Shown: positions 1-15,000 of the stretch, piece after piece
How the letters are laid out: each line of letters starts with the position of its first letter
Position numbering within the stretch: position 1 is the first letter of the stretch
Assembly: GCA_965644315.1 (NCBI GenBank)
Contig: CBFFRQ010000034.1
Span: forward strand, 124,001-188,000
Length of the DNA stretch: 64,000 nucleotides
Origin: Caecitellus pseudoparvulus
Taxonomy: Eukaryota > Protista > Bigyra: Bicosoecida
Reading direction: 5' to 3'
Program-made: the position numbers and the translations under genes
Notes under the pieces: model-generated
Told to the model about the DNA's origin: nothing
Databases searched by the model: none
Seen by the model: the letters and a program-made list of their open reading frames with translations, nothing else

Positions 1-3000
1 CGCCTTCCCCTCGTTCTTCATCAGCTTGATGAAGTCCTGCACGCCCTTGACGCCGTCAGCGTAGACGCCTGCCTCACCAATGAGGGTGTCCATGGTTGCC
101 TTGAGCACTGCCTTGATACACACGCTGCCTGTCATGCAGGCTTGCAAGTCGAAAGTGTTGACCAGGGCCGGCAGGCGCTCCTTCAGCTGAGCGATCACTT
201 CAGCGTGCTTCTCCGTGTCTGCCAGCATGTTGCGAGCATTCTCCGCCGCGTCAAACAGCGTCACAGCGCTGTTCACACTGCTGGAAATGGCGACTGGCAC
301 GGCCTTGACAGCCTGCAACGCCGCGGCGACGTCGGAAAACACCTTCACCACGGCCTTGCGCGCGTCCAGGAAGTCAATGGCGTCCTGGCCGTAGTCCAAC
401 AGCTCCCGGACGCTGCGCGCCACCCGGGCAACAAACTCGAAGACGCCAGCCAGCTTGTCAAGGATGTAGGAGAGGAGTTTGCTGCTGGTCTCTTCCAGGA
501 ACGCCTGCCCCTTGTCCAGCAGCCTGGAGATGGTGTCGGGGACAAAGTTGGCGAAGGAGACGGCGTAGCTTCGCAGGACCTCCACCCACGAGCTGATGAG
601 GCCCTCCAGACGGTCAATGAGGCCCTGCACCAGCCCGCGAATCATGTCCACGACCGCGCTGGCATCCACCATCTTTGATGCCACCTGCTGCACCTTTCGA
701 GCTGTGGTAAGTATGTCCTTCGCCTTGGTGGCCACCTCCACGAGCAGCTCGCCAGCTTCGAAGACAGTACCCGACACGGATTCCGGCATGCCCTGCGCCA
801 TGCCGAGGGCGGCTGTGCCGACCTCCTTCACAAGGTCCACCACGGGGAAGGCCTTGTCAAGGAGTGTGTCGGTGACATTGGACACCTTCTGCACGAAGCG
901 CAGGGCCTTGTCCACCGTCGAGCTGTTGGACGCGAAGGATTCCACCTTGTCCAGAATGACGCCAGTGAAGTTGCTCAGCTTTTCGATGCCGAGGTCCACA
1001 ACACCCTGCACCTCGTCGGCGATGCGGTTCGCAAGACTGACCAGGACAGTGCGCAGGTCCTCCACATACTCGTCAGCCAGGGACCGCATGTTTGCGATGA
1101 GCTGGTACATGCGCGGCTCCACCTGTGCGCGAACAAAGTCGGCAATCGCATCGGAGTCGGTCAACACATCGAAGACATCGTTGGCAATGTCCATGTAGCC
1201 TTGCAGCTGAGCCTGCACGTCTCCTACAACAGCGTCGATGTTGGCGGACAGGGATAGGATTTGACTCGTCCACCCGTCCAGCGTGTCGATGGTGGGCCCC
1301 AGCACTGCGTCCAGTCGTTCAGCAATGCCCTGCACCACAGGCTTCACTCCCAGGACTGCGTCCACTGCCTTGAGAAGTGGCGCTGGGGAGGGGAGTTTGG
1401 ACACGACCTTGGACACCAGGTCCTCAGCCATGGCCAGCACACGGTTCTTCAAGTTAATAACGCGGCCACCCACCGCGTCTGCCAGCTGCTTGATCTCGTC
1501 CCGCGCCAGAGTCAGCTGTGCTGCGGACGACGCACCCGCAGCCTTCATCTTCGCCACCTGCAGGGCTTTTGCCGCAGAGGCCTCAAATGCCGCTAGATCC
1601 CCCAGAGCCAGGGACAAGACGTCTGTGGACTGGGCCGGCACGGACAAGAGCGCCGTCTGCGCCGAAGCCAGAAGCGGGCCCAGTCCAGGTGAGGCCGCAA
1701 GTGTGCTTGGCGTGGCAGCTTGAACAACTGCTGCAACACGCTGCAACATGGCAACAGCTTGGAGCGCTTCGTGCCCGTCTGGAGGGACAGTTGCGAAGAG
1801 GGAGGCTTCCTCGGTGTCGTCCAGTGCCGCCTCTGCTGCGTTGAGGTCGACGGAAACGCTGGCCCACTGCGCTTGGGAGTCCTCAGGCAGGCTGGCCAGG
1901 GCATCTTCACTGTCCACCAGCCCACTGGCAAGCAGGAAGAGGGCATCAGAGAGGGTGCCAGCTTCATCATTCGCCAGAGCAAGGGTGGATGTGGACGCTG
2001 CTTCAGCCACTGGCTTCAGCGCCCCAGCCGCAGCCTGCAATGCTTCGATGAGAATCCCAGAGCGCTGTGGAATGCTGACTTCCTCATCTCCCAGGGTATC
2101 CAGTGCGAGGATCACTGCCGTCGCGGTCTGGACAGCCCCAGCTGACACTGAAATGTCGGACACCGCTGCAGCTGTCGCGCAGTGCAGCAGAGCAATCTCA
2201 GCAGCCCGCACACCAGCAAGCTGGGCTGACAGCTCCAGCGGCGTGGGCCCTGTCGCGGACAGAACGTCTGACGCGTCTGACACTGCGGCATGCACACTCT
2301 GGAGCGCAGCAAGCAATGCATCTCGAGCGTCAGTTGGGACGCTGGAGAGAGGCAGGGGAGGGAAGTTGGCCAAGGGGGATGCCGCTTGGATGCCGGCAAG
2401 AGCCTCGACAGCAGCCGAGGCAGACTCATCGGCCGCCAAGATCAGTGCGCCTTCCTCAGAGTCATCGTCGGGCGCAAGCCCTGTCGCAGGAGGACCGGTG
2501 AAGGCCTTGAGCGTGTCCAAGGATGCCTTGAGCTCGTGCAGGTCCAGTGCTGTGGCGGGGCCACCCGCCACCACAGCGTGCGAAAACGCAGCAGCTGACG
2601 CCAACGCCCCCGCGAGGTCCTCTGCGAATTCGGATGCAGACGCAGCATCTTCCACTGCCGCGACGTCGGCCAAAGCCTGGTTGCTGGCAAGCGTCGCTGC
2701 AGCCCCTGCCGCTATCGTCGACGCTGACGCGGGGTGCAGGGGGCTAGAGGTGTCAAGGCCCGGGACCTCAGGCAGCTCTGCGCCTGGGGCGGCAGTGGCG
2801 GCAAAGTACGTTGCCAGGTACCCAACCAGAGCAGGCACATCTTCACAGTCGCCAAATCGCAGGGGCATGGCGCTCAATGCGTCCAGTCCCGCCTCGGACG
2901 CATCCCAAGCGATTGGGATGCCAGTGTCCGCAGGGGCGGCCTCTGCAGCGGCGCTCAGCCAAGCAGCCAGTGCCGTGCTGGCCTGCACATGTGCGTGTGC

Positions 3001-6000
3001 AGCTGCTTGGGCGACAGGCAGCGCTGCAGCCCAGATAGCAGCGCAGTCATCGGTTTCCCCAGTCCCAGCGCACATGCCAAGGATGGGGGTCGCATCCATG
3101 CTGTCCACGTACGCAGTCAGCGCGTCTGCGAGTGGCTGTAGGTCCTCCTGAGGCATGCTCTGCACTGCAGCGAGCACTGCTGATCCAGTGGCGGTAGCAG
3201 CGGCGCAAGCGCCGCCGTCGCTGGCCAGAGCGGCCACGTGAGCCATGGCAGGTCCAAACGTTGGCGACAGTCGCAGCGATGCCAGGGCAGTCTCCGCGAA
3301 GAACGACTGCAGCAAGGCAGCAGCAGCAGAGGTCTGGCTGGCGGCGGTGTCGATGAATAGGGGGTCGGCGTCATCTCCCAGAGCATCGTTGCAGGCAAGC
3401 GTGGAGTCCAGGAAGTCCGCAAGACGCGCGATGGCCCGCACCTGGCGCTGAGCTGTCAGAGACGTGGGCATGGTGGTGAGCTGGTCATCCGTGGTGGTGC
3501 CGTCAGAGCCAACACGCTCGACAGCTTGCATCACCAGGGCAGACTCGGCGCAGAGGCCGGAACACGCAGCGACGGTGCTGTTGCACATGGTGTCAAGGCC
3601 GACCCGCACGAAAACGCTTGGGTTGAGAATGGGGCCTGCCAGCGGCTGCAGGCGCGTGATTTCTGCCACGAGAGCTGCCTGGGCAGCATGCAGTGTGTCC
3701 ATGACAGCAGGCACGGTGTCTGCCGCGCCAGCTGCACCTTGCAGCGCGGCTTCTTCCAGCGCAGTCCCGAGCGACTCGGACGACTCCAGCATGAGACTGG
3801 CAAAGTCCAGAGCTTGGCCAATAGTGCCGACAGAACCAAGTGCGTCAGTTGTCAACTGTGTGTCGAGCATACTTGTTGCAATGGCGGCGTCCAACGTGTC
3901 CAGTGGGGGCACCTCCACAGAGCCCGTGTCGCCGCCCAGCGCAGCGGCAAGAAGCTCCACCTCTTCCAGCGGCAAGGCGAGCCCAGCACTCTGCACCGCC
4001 AGCATGTGGGGTAGAATACGCAGAACGTCGCCTTCGGGGTCTTCTTCGCCCGCTGTGGTGACGCTGCACTGCGTGAGGGCATCAGAGAAGGCGACACCCT
4101 CGTCGGTGGCGCCGAATGACGTGTCGTCTGCAGCCACGGCATCCAAAAGCTCCGCACATAGTGCGGGGACGCTCTGCACCAGCGCCAGTGTTGGGGCGTG
4201 GGAAGCAGCAACACCGGCGTCAAAGGTCACCCCCTTGCTTGCGATTGCGGACAGGGCGGCGGCAGACGCCTCAGACACCAACTCCTGCGACACGGCCAGC
4301 CACTCCACAACATCCCCCGTGGTGGTGGCCAGCGACAGCTCAACCAGCTGCGCGGAGAGGCCGTCAATGGACTCCACTGTGGCAGCTGCAGCGTCCACAT
4401 CTGCAGCTGCGGCAGTCTGGTGCCCGGTGGAGAGCAGAGAGAGGTGCAGGAAGGCGCCGCCAAGCTCCCAGGCCGCCACTGCTGCGCCCAGGTGTGCGCC
4501 CCACTGTACCTGACTCAGGCACGACACGCAAGGCACATCGGCCAACCCAGCACCGTGCAAGGCCAAGGACTCGACGGGCAAGCTGGTTGACTCAGACGTC
4601 GCACCAGCTCGGTGCGCATACCCTGCCTCGGCGAACGTGCGCAGCACTGCAGGCTGCATGCTCGCAAGCCACACAGAACCTGCTGCGGCAGCCAAGCCCT
4701 CATGGTCAGCGCAAGCTGCTGTCACGGCGGACAAAGACGACAGAGTAACAGGTGCTCCGGCGCCAGTTTGTGGCGTGTCGGGGGCCACAGTCGCAGCAAG
4801 CTGGCTGGCGTGCAAGCTACCGAGCGTCGCATCGCATGCCTCCAGAGGTGTGGCCGACATGGCCGCAGCCAGCGCACCTGCTTCGACTGGCGACGACAGC
4901 AACGGCCCGTGCAGGGCCAGCATGGCGTCCTCCCACCCCTCCGGCATGGAGGCAGCCCACACTGCAGGCAAGGTTTCGGGGGCCTCAGTAGTGGTGGACT
5001 CACCCTCAGGCTGCAGCACCGCCAGTGCCCCCGTCGCGAGAATGTCGGAGACGGCCATGGGCAGCAGCTGCACTGCGACGACGGCAGCTGCCGTGTCGTG
5101 CACTGCCCGCAGCCAGGCTGTGTCGGCGGCGGCGGGAGACACGGCACGCAGCGCAGCTTGAGCAGCTGACAGGAGCTCAGCGAGCTCTGCCGCCTGCGCT
5201 GGCTGCACAGAGGCCACGGAAGTTCCAGCCCGCACCCACACGTCCAACGCGGCCAACACCGCCCCTAGTGCCTCGCTGGCCTCCAGCATGCCCGGCTCCG
5301 CATCAGCCAGTGTGGATGTGGCGGCATGGGCTGCTGTCAACGCGTCCACCGCATCAAGAATGTTCAGGCCTGCTCCGGTCAGCGAAGAGCTGGGCGTGGA
5401 GCTGCCGGAGGTGCCAGACCCCGGCGTCGTCGCAGTTGTCGTGGTCGTGGTCGTTGCGGTGGGCTCTGGTGACTCGGCCTCCGTACCGCCAGTGGTTTCC
5501 TCCTCATCACCACCAGTGCCAGTGGGCGACGTGGGGCTCGTGCCCTCAGTCGCGGTCGCACCCGTCTCGGTGCCGGTTGAGGAGGGCGTCGTGGAGGTGA
5601 TGGGGTTGCCAGCCACAGGCTCAAAGAAGGCGGTCGCCGCATCCATCACAGCGCTCTGAGCGAAGTCTGCACGTTGCAGCCCTGTGCTGGACAGGTACTG
5701 CAGCAGCAGGCCTGCTGGAGACTCAGAGTGCGGGAAGCCCAGCACTGCGCTGGAGGTGAAGGCCAGCACTGTGGCGGGCGCAAAGGCGCCCTCACCGTGT
5801 TCCTCCGTCAGTCCGGAGGTGCGAGCTGCCAGGGCGGAGCGCAGGGCCTGGCCCACATCAACAAGGATGTGTTCCTCCACCCCCGCAGCGACGAAGTGCA
5901 GGCAGCGAGTGAAGCTTGCCAGGCCGCTTGTCTGGGCCCACTCACCGGCCTGGTCGGCGATTGCGACGAGGTCGCCAGGCGACTGGGGAAAGTCGACCAC

Positions 6001-9000
6001 GGGCTCGCCAAGCTCTGCGTCAAGCGGCTCAGGCTGCGTCACGGGCTCGCTGGCATCCAACCGCAGATGCACGGAGTCGGGGCTGAGGGCCGCCACTTCA
6101 AACACGCGCACAGCTTCCCAGTCCACTTCCACGTGCAGGGTCGCAGTCCACGCACAGTCGGCAGTGCACACTGTAAAGGCCGCTGCAGTGGGCCCGTCGC
6201 CCACGGCAGCAAGCCACGCAGGGGCGCTGTCTTCAAAGCCTGACGAGGACGCGAGGCCTGCAACAGTCAGCGCCTCCGGCACGAGCCAGGTCCGATCCAA
6301 GGTGAAGGCGCTCGCACAGGCTGAGGAGGCACACTCCCTGTCCAGAGCCAGAACGGTGCCGATGGGGAGCTGCCCCCAGGCCTCCAGCCCCGCCGAGCCC
6401 ATGTCGTACGCCGTGGTGGGGGCCGTGAACACTTCCTCTGAGTCTGTCGGCGTCAGCACCTCCACTTCAACCGAAGCCGCGCCGAGGGCCAGCAACACGG
6501 CAAGCGGGGTATCGGGGAAGGACGCCAGGTCCACGCGCACGGCCGTGTGGGTGGAGGGGCCTGACAGGGCGGCTTGCAGGGCCATTGCAGCTGCCTTCAG
6601 AGACAAGGCACCAGACAGGCCGCCTTCCCCGGCAGTGGCAGCGGCAGTTGCCGTCCCAGGCCCCGTCGCCACCGCCCCCACCAGGGCTGCCATGTCGTCG
6701 GCGAATGCGGAGAGGGCGGCGGTGCCCACGGTGGTGCCCAGGCCCACCATGTGTGGTGCATAGGCCGATGACAGCAGCGCAGCATGTGTGTGGGAGAGAG
6801 CGGATCCTGCGACCGAGTGGTCGGCAAGGGCGACCCGCCCAGCGACGCCGGCGCTCGTGAACTGCACTGAGGAGGCAAGCAAGAAGCGCTGCGCCGACAC
6901 GGTGGCCATGTGGTGGGACACCTGTGCGACAGTGGCCGCAGCTTCTGCCAGGTCCGCCGTCTGACCTGCCAGGTGCGCGTGCAGTGCCGCGGCGATGAGA
7001 GGGGCAGGGCACTGTGTGCATGCGAGCAGGGTGTCGGCGGTGCTGGGCTGCAGTGCCTGGCCGCTGCTCAGTGCCCCAGCCAGCGCTGACATGGCGGCAG
7101 ACTCCTGCGAGGAAGCCCCGGGCCAGGCCTGCGCCAGGGCGGTCTGCATCAACGCGGAAACTTCAGGTGCCGCCTGGGTGCTCGTGAACACGCCCCACGC
7201 AGCCGCTGACAGCTGCGTCGCAGTGGCGTGGCTGGCTTGCGTGAAGCCGGTCGCTTCCACAGCTTCGCCACCCGAGAGCTCTGCAAAGTTTGTGATGAGC
7301 CGCTCAGCCCAGGATCGAGAGTTGAACTGGGCGGCAGCGGCCTGTGCCAAGGCCGCCCCATGCACGCGGGTGCTGAGGAAGACAGAGTCAGCATCGCCGC
7401 TTGCCGCAAGGTGGGCCAGGGCTTGCCGCAGCATGGGCAGATCCCCCAGCACCAACTGCACTTCTGAGTCGGAGCCCCAGCGGCCCAGAGCACTGGCGGC
7501 GACATTGGACAGTGTCGACACCAAGACTGCCTGCCTGTGCGGCAGGGCAGCTGTGGCCACAGACGCCAGGAAGCCCGCTGAGGCGAGGAAGCCAGAACAG
7601 GCTGCACTGACGCACTGCAAGTCGCCCTCCGACACTGCGCCCAGCAGTTCGCTCTGTGCCTTGGCCCAGAGGCGTGCGTCGCCAGCGAGGGCAGCGGCAG
7701 AGGCCACTTGCCCTGCGGGCATGTGAAGGTGGGCGGAAGCGGCGGGCCTGCAAGCCCACTCGAGGCTGGCGCCGAGAACGGTGACCACTTGGTGCGCCAC
7801 CTCCCACGGCAGGTCGAGTTGCTCAGGGCATACCACCTTCTCGTCCACCTTTGTGAAGGATACAGTTTCGACGCCCGGCGCCGAAAAGCCCTTGGAGGAC
7901 GTCTTGCCCAGAGATGCCTGCACGGTGCAGGAGTCGAGGTCCACTTCAGCACTGGCGGCGGTGCCTGAGGCCACGAGCTGCTCCAAGGCGCTGTGCGACT
8001 CGTGCAATTCCGTGCATGTGCCCGGTGCCCCTGCAAGGGCCAGCTTGGCGGCTGAGAGGATCTCGTGCATGCCAAGCGCAGTTGCCTGCTCCGTTGGGAT
8101 GGAATCCAGCCACGCGAGTACAGACTGCGACACGCCGTGTCGGTGGGCCTCTGAAAACTGCGTCTGGGTCTGTAGCGCACCCACCATGCTCATTATCCCA
8201 GCCACATTGGCGGCACCCTGCAGCGTTACCAGGGCGGGTTGACCGGCGTGGTCGGGGCCGGGCAGCACTGCCCACAAGGCGCTCTGCAGCGCAGACGCCG
8301 CCCCGTCGTCCCCCGCATCCACTTGCTGCACAGCCACAGCGTCCAGCACGAGGGAGTTCATCACCGATGTGCCCAAGGCCGCGCTGGCGCCGGTGGGGGC
8401 AACCAGCGTGCCGGGGTTTGATAGCAGCCAAGCCGACGCCACAGCCAACCGGCCAGCCACATCGGCACCCACTGCACATGGCCCCGCTGCGCAAGCTTCG
8501 GCAGCCAGCGAGATCTGGGCCAGGCGCTGCTGTGCGGTGGCAACGTCGTTTGTCAAGGTGTCGGCCAGGTACTGCCCGGCCCAGTGAGCTGCGCTGGCCA
8601 GTGTTTCTGGGCGCAGGCTTGCAGCGTGCACGCCAGAGTGCGGCACGAGGAACACGCGCAGAGCCAGGGTAGCGGGAGCCATGATGTCCACCCACGGTGG
8701 GCTGCAGGTGAGGGTGGGGCAGTCTGCCCCGCCGACCAGCCCGCGGAGGCCACTGGTCACAGCTTCCCCGGCACTGCCCATGCCAGCAATGTCGGCCGCA
8801 ATGAACTCAGGGCGAAGGGTGGCCTGGGCACGCCACACGGCACTGATGAATGCCCGCATGGCGTCTGCCAGGGCTGTCAGCGTGGAGGGACCAGCCTTGA
8901 GTGCGACAGAGGCAGGGAAGCCGTCTGCACAGACACCGGTGCAGGGCAGTGCAGCGGCGAGGGAGGTGGACACGGTGGTGCCGGCGCTGACCAGGTCTGC

Positions 9001-12000
9001 CACGCCGTCCATCACGGCTTGCAGGTCTGCCGAAATGCCGTACTCCCCGATGAAGTGCTCTGTCAGCTGGCTCTGCGTCTCCCTGGCCAGCTGCAGGAAC
9101 GCCTGCACTGTGGCCTTCACCTGTAGCTCGCGGAAGGCGGCGGCGAGGCCCTCTGCCGCCTGCAGCTGCACTGACGCAGACAGCAGGGCAGCTGCACTGG
9201 TCAGGCGCTCGGCGCTTTCGGCGCTGGGGCTTGTCCATGTCGGCACGTGTGAGTTGACAATCGCGCCAGCGGCGGCGGCATCCAGCGCTTCCGTGGCGCC
9301 AGCAGCCTCCGCAGCGGCCTTCAGGCCAGCTGCCACCAGGTGGTTGTGCAGCGCAACGTGCATGGGCTGCATGGCGAGGGCGCCCACTTGCCCCCCGAAC
9401 ACCAAGCCGGCCACAACTTCAGCCAGCGTGCCCTGCTCTGTGGGAAGCCCCAGTGCAGTGAGCACTCCATCCGGCACGGCATTGCCGCCCAGCAGCGCTG
9501 CGCCACCGACGAACTCTGCGTTGCCCAGACGTCGGAACGCCTTTGTTTCCGCTGCCGCCAGAACGTGGGCGGCATCCTGTGTCAGTGCCAGGAGAGGTCC
9601 CATGTCCACCGGCACGGGATCCGTCAGCGTCACCATCAGCTCGACACTCCAGTGCTCGGCTTGACCACCTGCACTCAGCTCCACCAGCTGCTGCGTGAAC
9701 GTCGCAGCCTCCTCCACGCTGGCGACCGCCATGGCTTCGACGCGGAAGGGGGGGGACAAGTCTGGCCACAGCGCTGTGAGGTTCCCTGCCAGACTGGCTG
9801 ACAACTGGAACAGGTGAGCCACGGAGCCGCCGATGGCGGGACTCAGGGGCGAGACTGCAGTCAGTGTGTCTGCAGCCAGGAAGGCGTCCACTGTGTCTGC
9901 CAGCAACATGCTCTGGGCTGCCCCGCCTTCCAGCGCCACACTGCCCTCGCCGGCCTCCAGCGCGCTCACCACCGACGCGGCGGTGGATGTCAGGATGTGG
10001 CTGGCCACAAGGGCCGCCTGCACAGCAGGCACGTCTGTCAGCAGCGCCACCAGCGGCGACGCAGCGAACGTCGACAGGGCTGCTTCGGCTGCACCAGGAC
10101 TGCTCGCCGCTGCCTCACCGTCAAACAAGTCTTGCAGCGTCAAGAGCAGTGAGTGGGACACGGTGAAGTTCTTGCTGCGGTACACATGCACCTGTCCTGC
10201 ATGGGCGCACTGTGAGAATTCAGGGGCCTCCAGCGGAACTGAGGTGGCGTTGACTGCCACCTGCGCAGCCGCCGCAATGGAGCGCAGGCTCTCAAATGCG
10301 TCCGCAATGCACGGCCGGTGCTGCGCAACGTGCGGGAAGTAGCCACTCACGGTGTCCACAGCAGCCAGGACCGCCGCCTCGTCCAACACCTCGGGCTGCT
10401 CTGCGTCCTGTGCGTTCGTGTCCCAATCCTGCAGCAGCGCCAAGGCTGTCAGCGCAGCCGGGTGGGACTGTGCCTCGACCAGAGCGGCTTGAGTAGAGGT
10501 CAAGTCGCCCACAGCGGAACACACAGCGTGCCAGAATGGCTCAGACTCAGGGGTGGAGGGGACGCCCCCGCCGCATTCGGCTGGCAGCGCCGATGCAATG
10601 GCTGTTTCGACTGCCCCTGCTGCAGTGCTGATGGCGTCTGTGAGGCCGGCGATGCCCAGATCATCTGCCGCTGCAGGCGTGTTGAAGACCTCAAGCAGCG
10701 CACGGGGTGCGTCCAGTGGCGTGATGGCATCCTGTGCTGCAGCGCAAACTCCGGCCATGCCCGAGGCAGCGTTTGCTGAGCGCGCGCCCACCGCACGCAG
10801 CGACAGGGGCACCATGCTCGCCGTGCTGGAGCCCTGCAACCACGTGCCGATGCGCACAGCGCCGTCCAGCAGCCCTGAGCCAAACTCCAGAGAAGCATGG
10901 TCCAGCACTGCGGCGATGGTGTCAGCTGCCACCTGCATGGCACTGCCAATGGCTTGGATGTCAGAGCAGCTGTCTGTAGCTGTCGGCACCGCCGCGAGGG
11001 TCGCAGAAGCGACCACTGCGTCCCTGGTCACATTCTGTGCGACTTCCAGCTGGTGGGTGAGGTATTGGGCCAGGTTCCCAGCCGCGTTTACGCCCACCGC
11101 GGTGGCAGCTGCGCGGAACTCGGCTGTGGCCGTGCCTCGTGCGATTCGGCGCCCAATGGTCGCTGACCACTCCTGCCCGAACGGGGCCGCAGGGAACGAC
11201 GTTGTGCTGAGCGCAATGCATGCGGCGCTGATCACACCACGCTTGTGAGGCGCTGAGCCGCTGCACGGCTCCGCAGCGGGGAGGGGTGTGACGCTTTGAG
11301 CTGGGAGCTGGGGCTGGACGCCACCAGGCCGCACGTCCATCAGCTGCGCGGCGATGCTCCCCAACTCCTGAGTCGCAGCTCCCATGGACTGCAGCGTCGC
11401 ATCGTGTGCTTGGATCGCGGCCAGGCCAGATGGGGCTGCCAGTGAAATGAGCATTGCGGGGGTCAGCCCCAAGTCCACGAGGAGCGTCTCATGCACCGGG
11501 AACTGCTGCTCGGCGTCGTTCTGGTGCGCGAGGTGCAGGAGCAGCAGTCTGTCCAGCTGCTCAGCCCAAGCGTCGGCACCTTGGGTGAGGGCGGCGACTG
11601 AAGGCTGGAGATCTCCGAAGCGCCCGGCTGCAGCACGAGGGAAGGATGCAGCGGGGACCTCTGCCAGTTGAAGTGCGAGCGGCATGATGTCCACTCCTGT
11701 CTCCAGTACAGAGCGCGTCGTGTCGAGCTGCAGGAGCCACTCGAGAAAGTGCCGGTCGTCAACACTGGCGGAATAACGGGTGACAGTGGCAGCTGACGTG
11801 AACACATTGCCCCTGGCGACGGAGCAACCTGGCGTGCGAAGCAACGAATGAAAAAAGCGGAAGCACAGCAGAGCGCCCTGCAGGGCGGCAGCGGCGCTGG
11901 ACTGCCAGTCTGCCAGCGCGGAGGCGCAGGCAGCCGCCAGCACTGCAGAGGCGTTCCCTGCTGCTGCACGGTGGTTCACGCCGCACTGCACGGTGGACGG

Positions 12001-15000
12001 TGACAGGGCATCGAACGTGGCCGAGCTGTTGCCTCCGATGACTTGAGCGAGATCCCAAGCGGTCTGCACGCCAGGCTGCACGCTGCTTGCACTGGCGCCA
12101 GGATTGCCCCAGGCTTCGATGGTGTCAGCGACCAAAGCAGTCGCATTGGACAGCGCGCCGATGTAGCCATCGTAACTCACGATGGGCTCGCTCAGAGTTG
12201 CATCCTCGGGCGTTCCACTCGTCCACAGCACCATGGTACGCAGCACTGCCGCATGCAGCGACATGGAGGCAATGATTTCCCCACATCCCTGGGTTGTGCA
12301 GTCGGACTGCAGAACGCCCAGCGCCGATTCAGCCAGATCTGCCGAGCCTTGCAGCTCCAGCAGCTTCTTGTTGCCACCATCTGCAAGCTTCTTCAGATCC
12401 TTCACGTGGGTCTTCTTGCGGTCTTGCTTGTTCAGGAGCCCCAAGTTGTACTTGACCTGCGGTCCCAGACGCTCCATAAGGGGCACCGTCAAGTTGCGAG
12501 CTTGCTGGACGAGGGCAGTCAGCGACAGCATGGCGGCGTCCAGACTTGGCGAGAACGTTGCCAACTCCGATCGCAGAGCCAGAGCGCTCGCCTTGAAGTC
12601 AGACTCTGCTGCAGAAAGAGTGACCCGCACCGGTGCGACTGGCACCGCCCATGCAGCGGCGGCAGCCAAAGCCGGGGCATTCTCCGGCGCGAACTGCTGC
12701 AAGACCTGATCTTTCGTGCCTTCCAGCGTGTCTTGCGTTACTTGCAAATCCGCCAGTGCTTGGACCGCAGCGCGTGCAGCTTGACTGGCAGCCGACGCAG
12801 TCGCCCCGTGCAGCGCAAGCGACGAGCCAGCAGCACCAGCTGCCTGAACTGCCGCGTCCAGAACGTCGCTGGCTGCCCGCAACAGGGCAGGCTGCAGATT
12901 CCTCCACTGCTGCACCAGCGTGCTGTGGGTCCACTCGCGCAAGGCGCCCTCCAAGCGTGCCAAAGCTGAGCGAAGGGACGTGGCAGTGTGCAGAATACGT
13001 GCAGGCGCGCCGTCCACAGCAACAGGGGTGGAGAGGACACTGGCCCCAGACATGGCTTCCTCTGCTGCAGACAGCAAGGCCGCCGCTTGGCGGGCGACAC
13101 TGCGCAAGTTGAGAGAAGGCAGCGTGGCCAGCACAGAGCGCACGAGCGCCAGGGCATCCTCGGCGAATGCAGCGGCGGTTACGCGAAGCCCGTCAATGGC
13201 CACAAAGAGGGTATTGTCCAGGGCGCCACTTGCGAATGCCTCAGCTTGGACGGCAGCGGCCCAGTCTTCTGCAGCTGCCAGCGCAGATTCTGTGGAAGAC
13301 GCCAGGGACGCTTGCGCTGTGCCCAGTTGGTCGACGTAGCGCGGCCTGAACTCGGCGATGAGGGAGCCGACCAGAGCCCCGAACGGATCTGCCGCCATCT
13401 CTTCTGCTGTGCCCACTTCCAGAGTTGTCGCGTGGGTCTTGAACTCCACCATGGTGTCAGCTAGGAAGCCGTCCAGCGCTGCGAACTGGTCATTGTACGC
13501 GTCCAGCTCGTTGCCGCTGGCGCCGTTCATCACTTCCAGAGCACCAGTGACATCATCACCGATGACAGCGGCGAGGGTGCCAGCAATGTCGTCCAGCAGG
13601 GAACCCGATCCACTGAGCACCTTGTGCACAATCTGGATACCATTGCGAACCAGGGTTGCGTTGGACACCAGTCCGTCAGTGAACTCTCTCCCTCGCAAGA
13701 TGACCTTGTCCACGACATCCAGCACCGACAGCACCCGATCCCCGTATGACGTGATATTTGAGTACCACTCATTCAAATCGTCCAGGTGGCCCTGGATCAT
13801 CTCGATCACGGGGGGGTCTGCAATGTACTCCAGCTTCTCCTGCACCGCTGCCAGCTGGCCATCCACGGCATCAATGAACTCTTGCACCCGGAGAAACTCC
13901 AGTGCTTGATCCAGATATCCATCGACAATGGCCAGGAAGGCTTCCGTGTCTCGCAGGGTGTCGATGAAGTCGGAAAGGCGCTCAGAGTAGCCCACGAGCG
14001 TGTCATAAACTTTGTCGAAGACGGAGATACCCTTCCGCATGAGTTCCTCGACCTGCTCTGCGATGCCCAGCAGCTTCTCTGCGATAGACTTGACGCTGGT
14101 GATGATGTTGTCGGCAAAGTCGTTGAACTTGGCGATAAGGTCTCGCGGCACGAGGCCGATGGCTGAGAAGCCAAAGTTCAGAGCAGCCTTGGCGTCCAAC
14201 AGCACCAGCTCGAAGCGGAGCAAGTACGCAGAGACGCGGGCCGTGTTGAAGACGTCCAGCTCAAACAGCGCACCGAACAAGCTGAGGTCCAGCTCCACCG
14301 TGTCGCGCAGTTTGAAGCCAATGTACGCCCCGATGTAGGTGCTGCCAAACAACTTCTCCCACCCCTCGTCGATGCCGGTCTTGAAGTAGATCTTCGTGTT
14401 GCTGGGGTTCAACACCTCCAAGATGCGCTCCCAGATGGAGGTCAGACTGCGTCGAGCAGCCAAGACCCGGGAGCCCAGTGCTGGCGAGCCAGTCCAGGCC
14501 GCCACCCGACCCTGCATGGTCTCTGCACGCCGAGCAGGCACAGAGGCAGCCTGCACCAGCTCGTCAGCGTGCAGTGGCGCGTTGGCATCGGGCGCAGGGA
14601 GGTGCTTGGCCAGGACACGTGCGACGCTCTGCGCCATGGCCTGGTCGTGGGTGCACTGCGTGCGGCACTGGCGGTCGCAGCGGTCCAGGGAGCGATGCAC
14701 ACAAGGCGCGGTGCACAGGTCCACGCAGTCCTCCCAGTTGCGCAGGGAGCCAGCTTCCAGCATGCCTGCCAGAGCGGCTGTCGTGGCAGGCGTCAGGCGC
14801 CCAGCGGGGATGGCCTCCAGCGCTGCCACGGCGTGAGCACGCATGGCCTCGTCAGAGTCCTCAGCCACCAGCGTCTCCACCAACACCTCTTCCACGTTGA
14901 TGGCCAGAGCAGTCCAGTGCTCCAGGACGCTGAAAGCGTGCCGGCGCAGGGTGCGCTTGGAGTGTGTGAGGAAAGGCAGCACCCGCTCCTGCCGCCCCTC

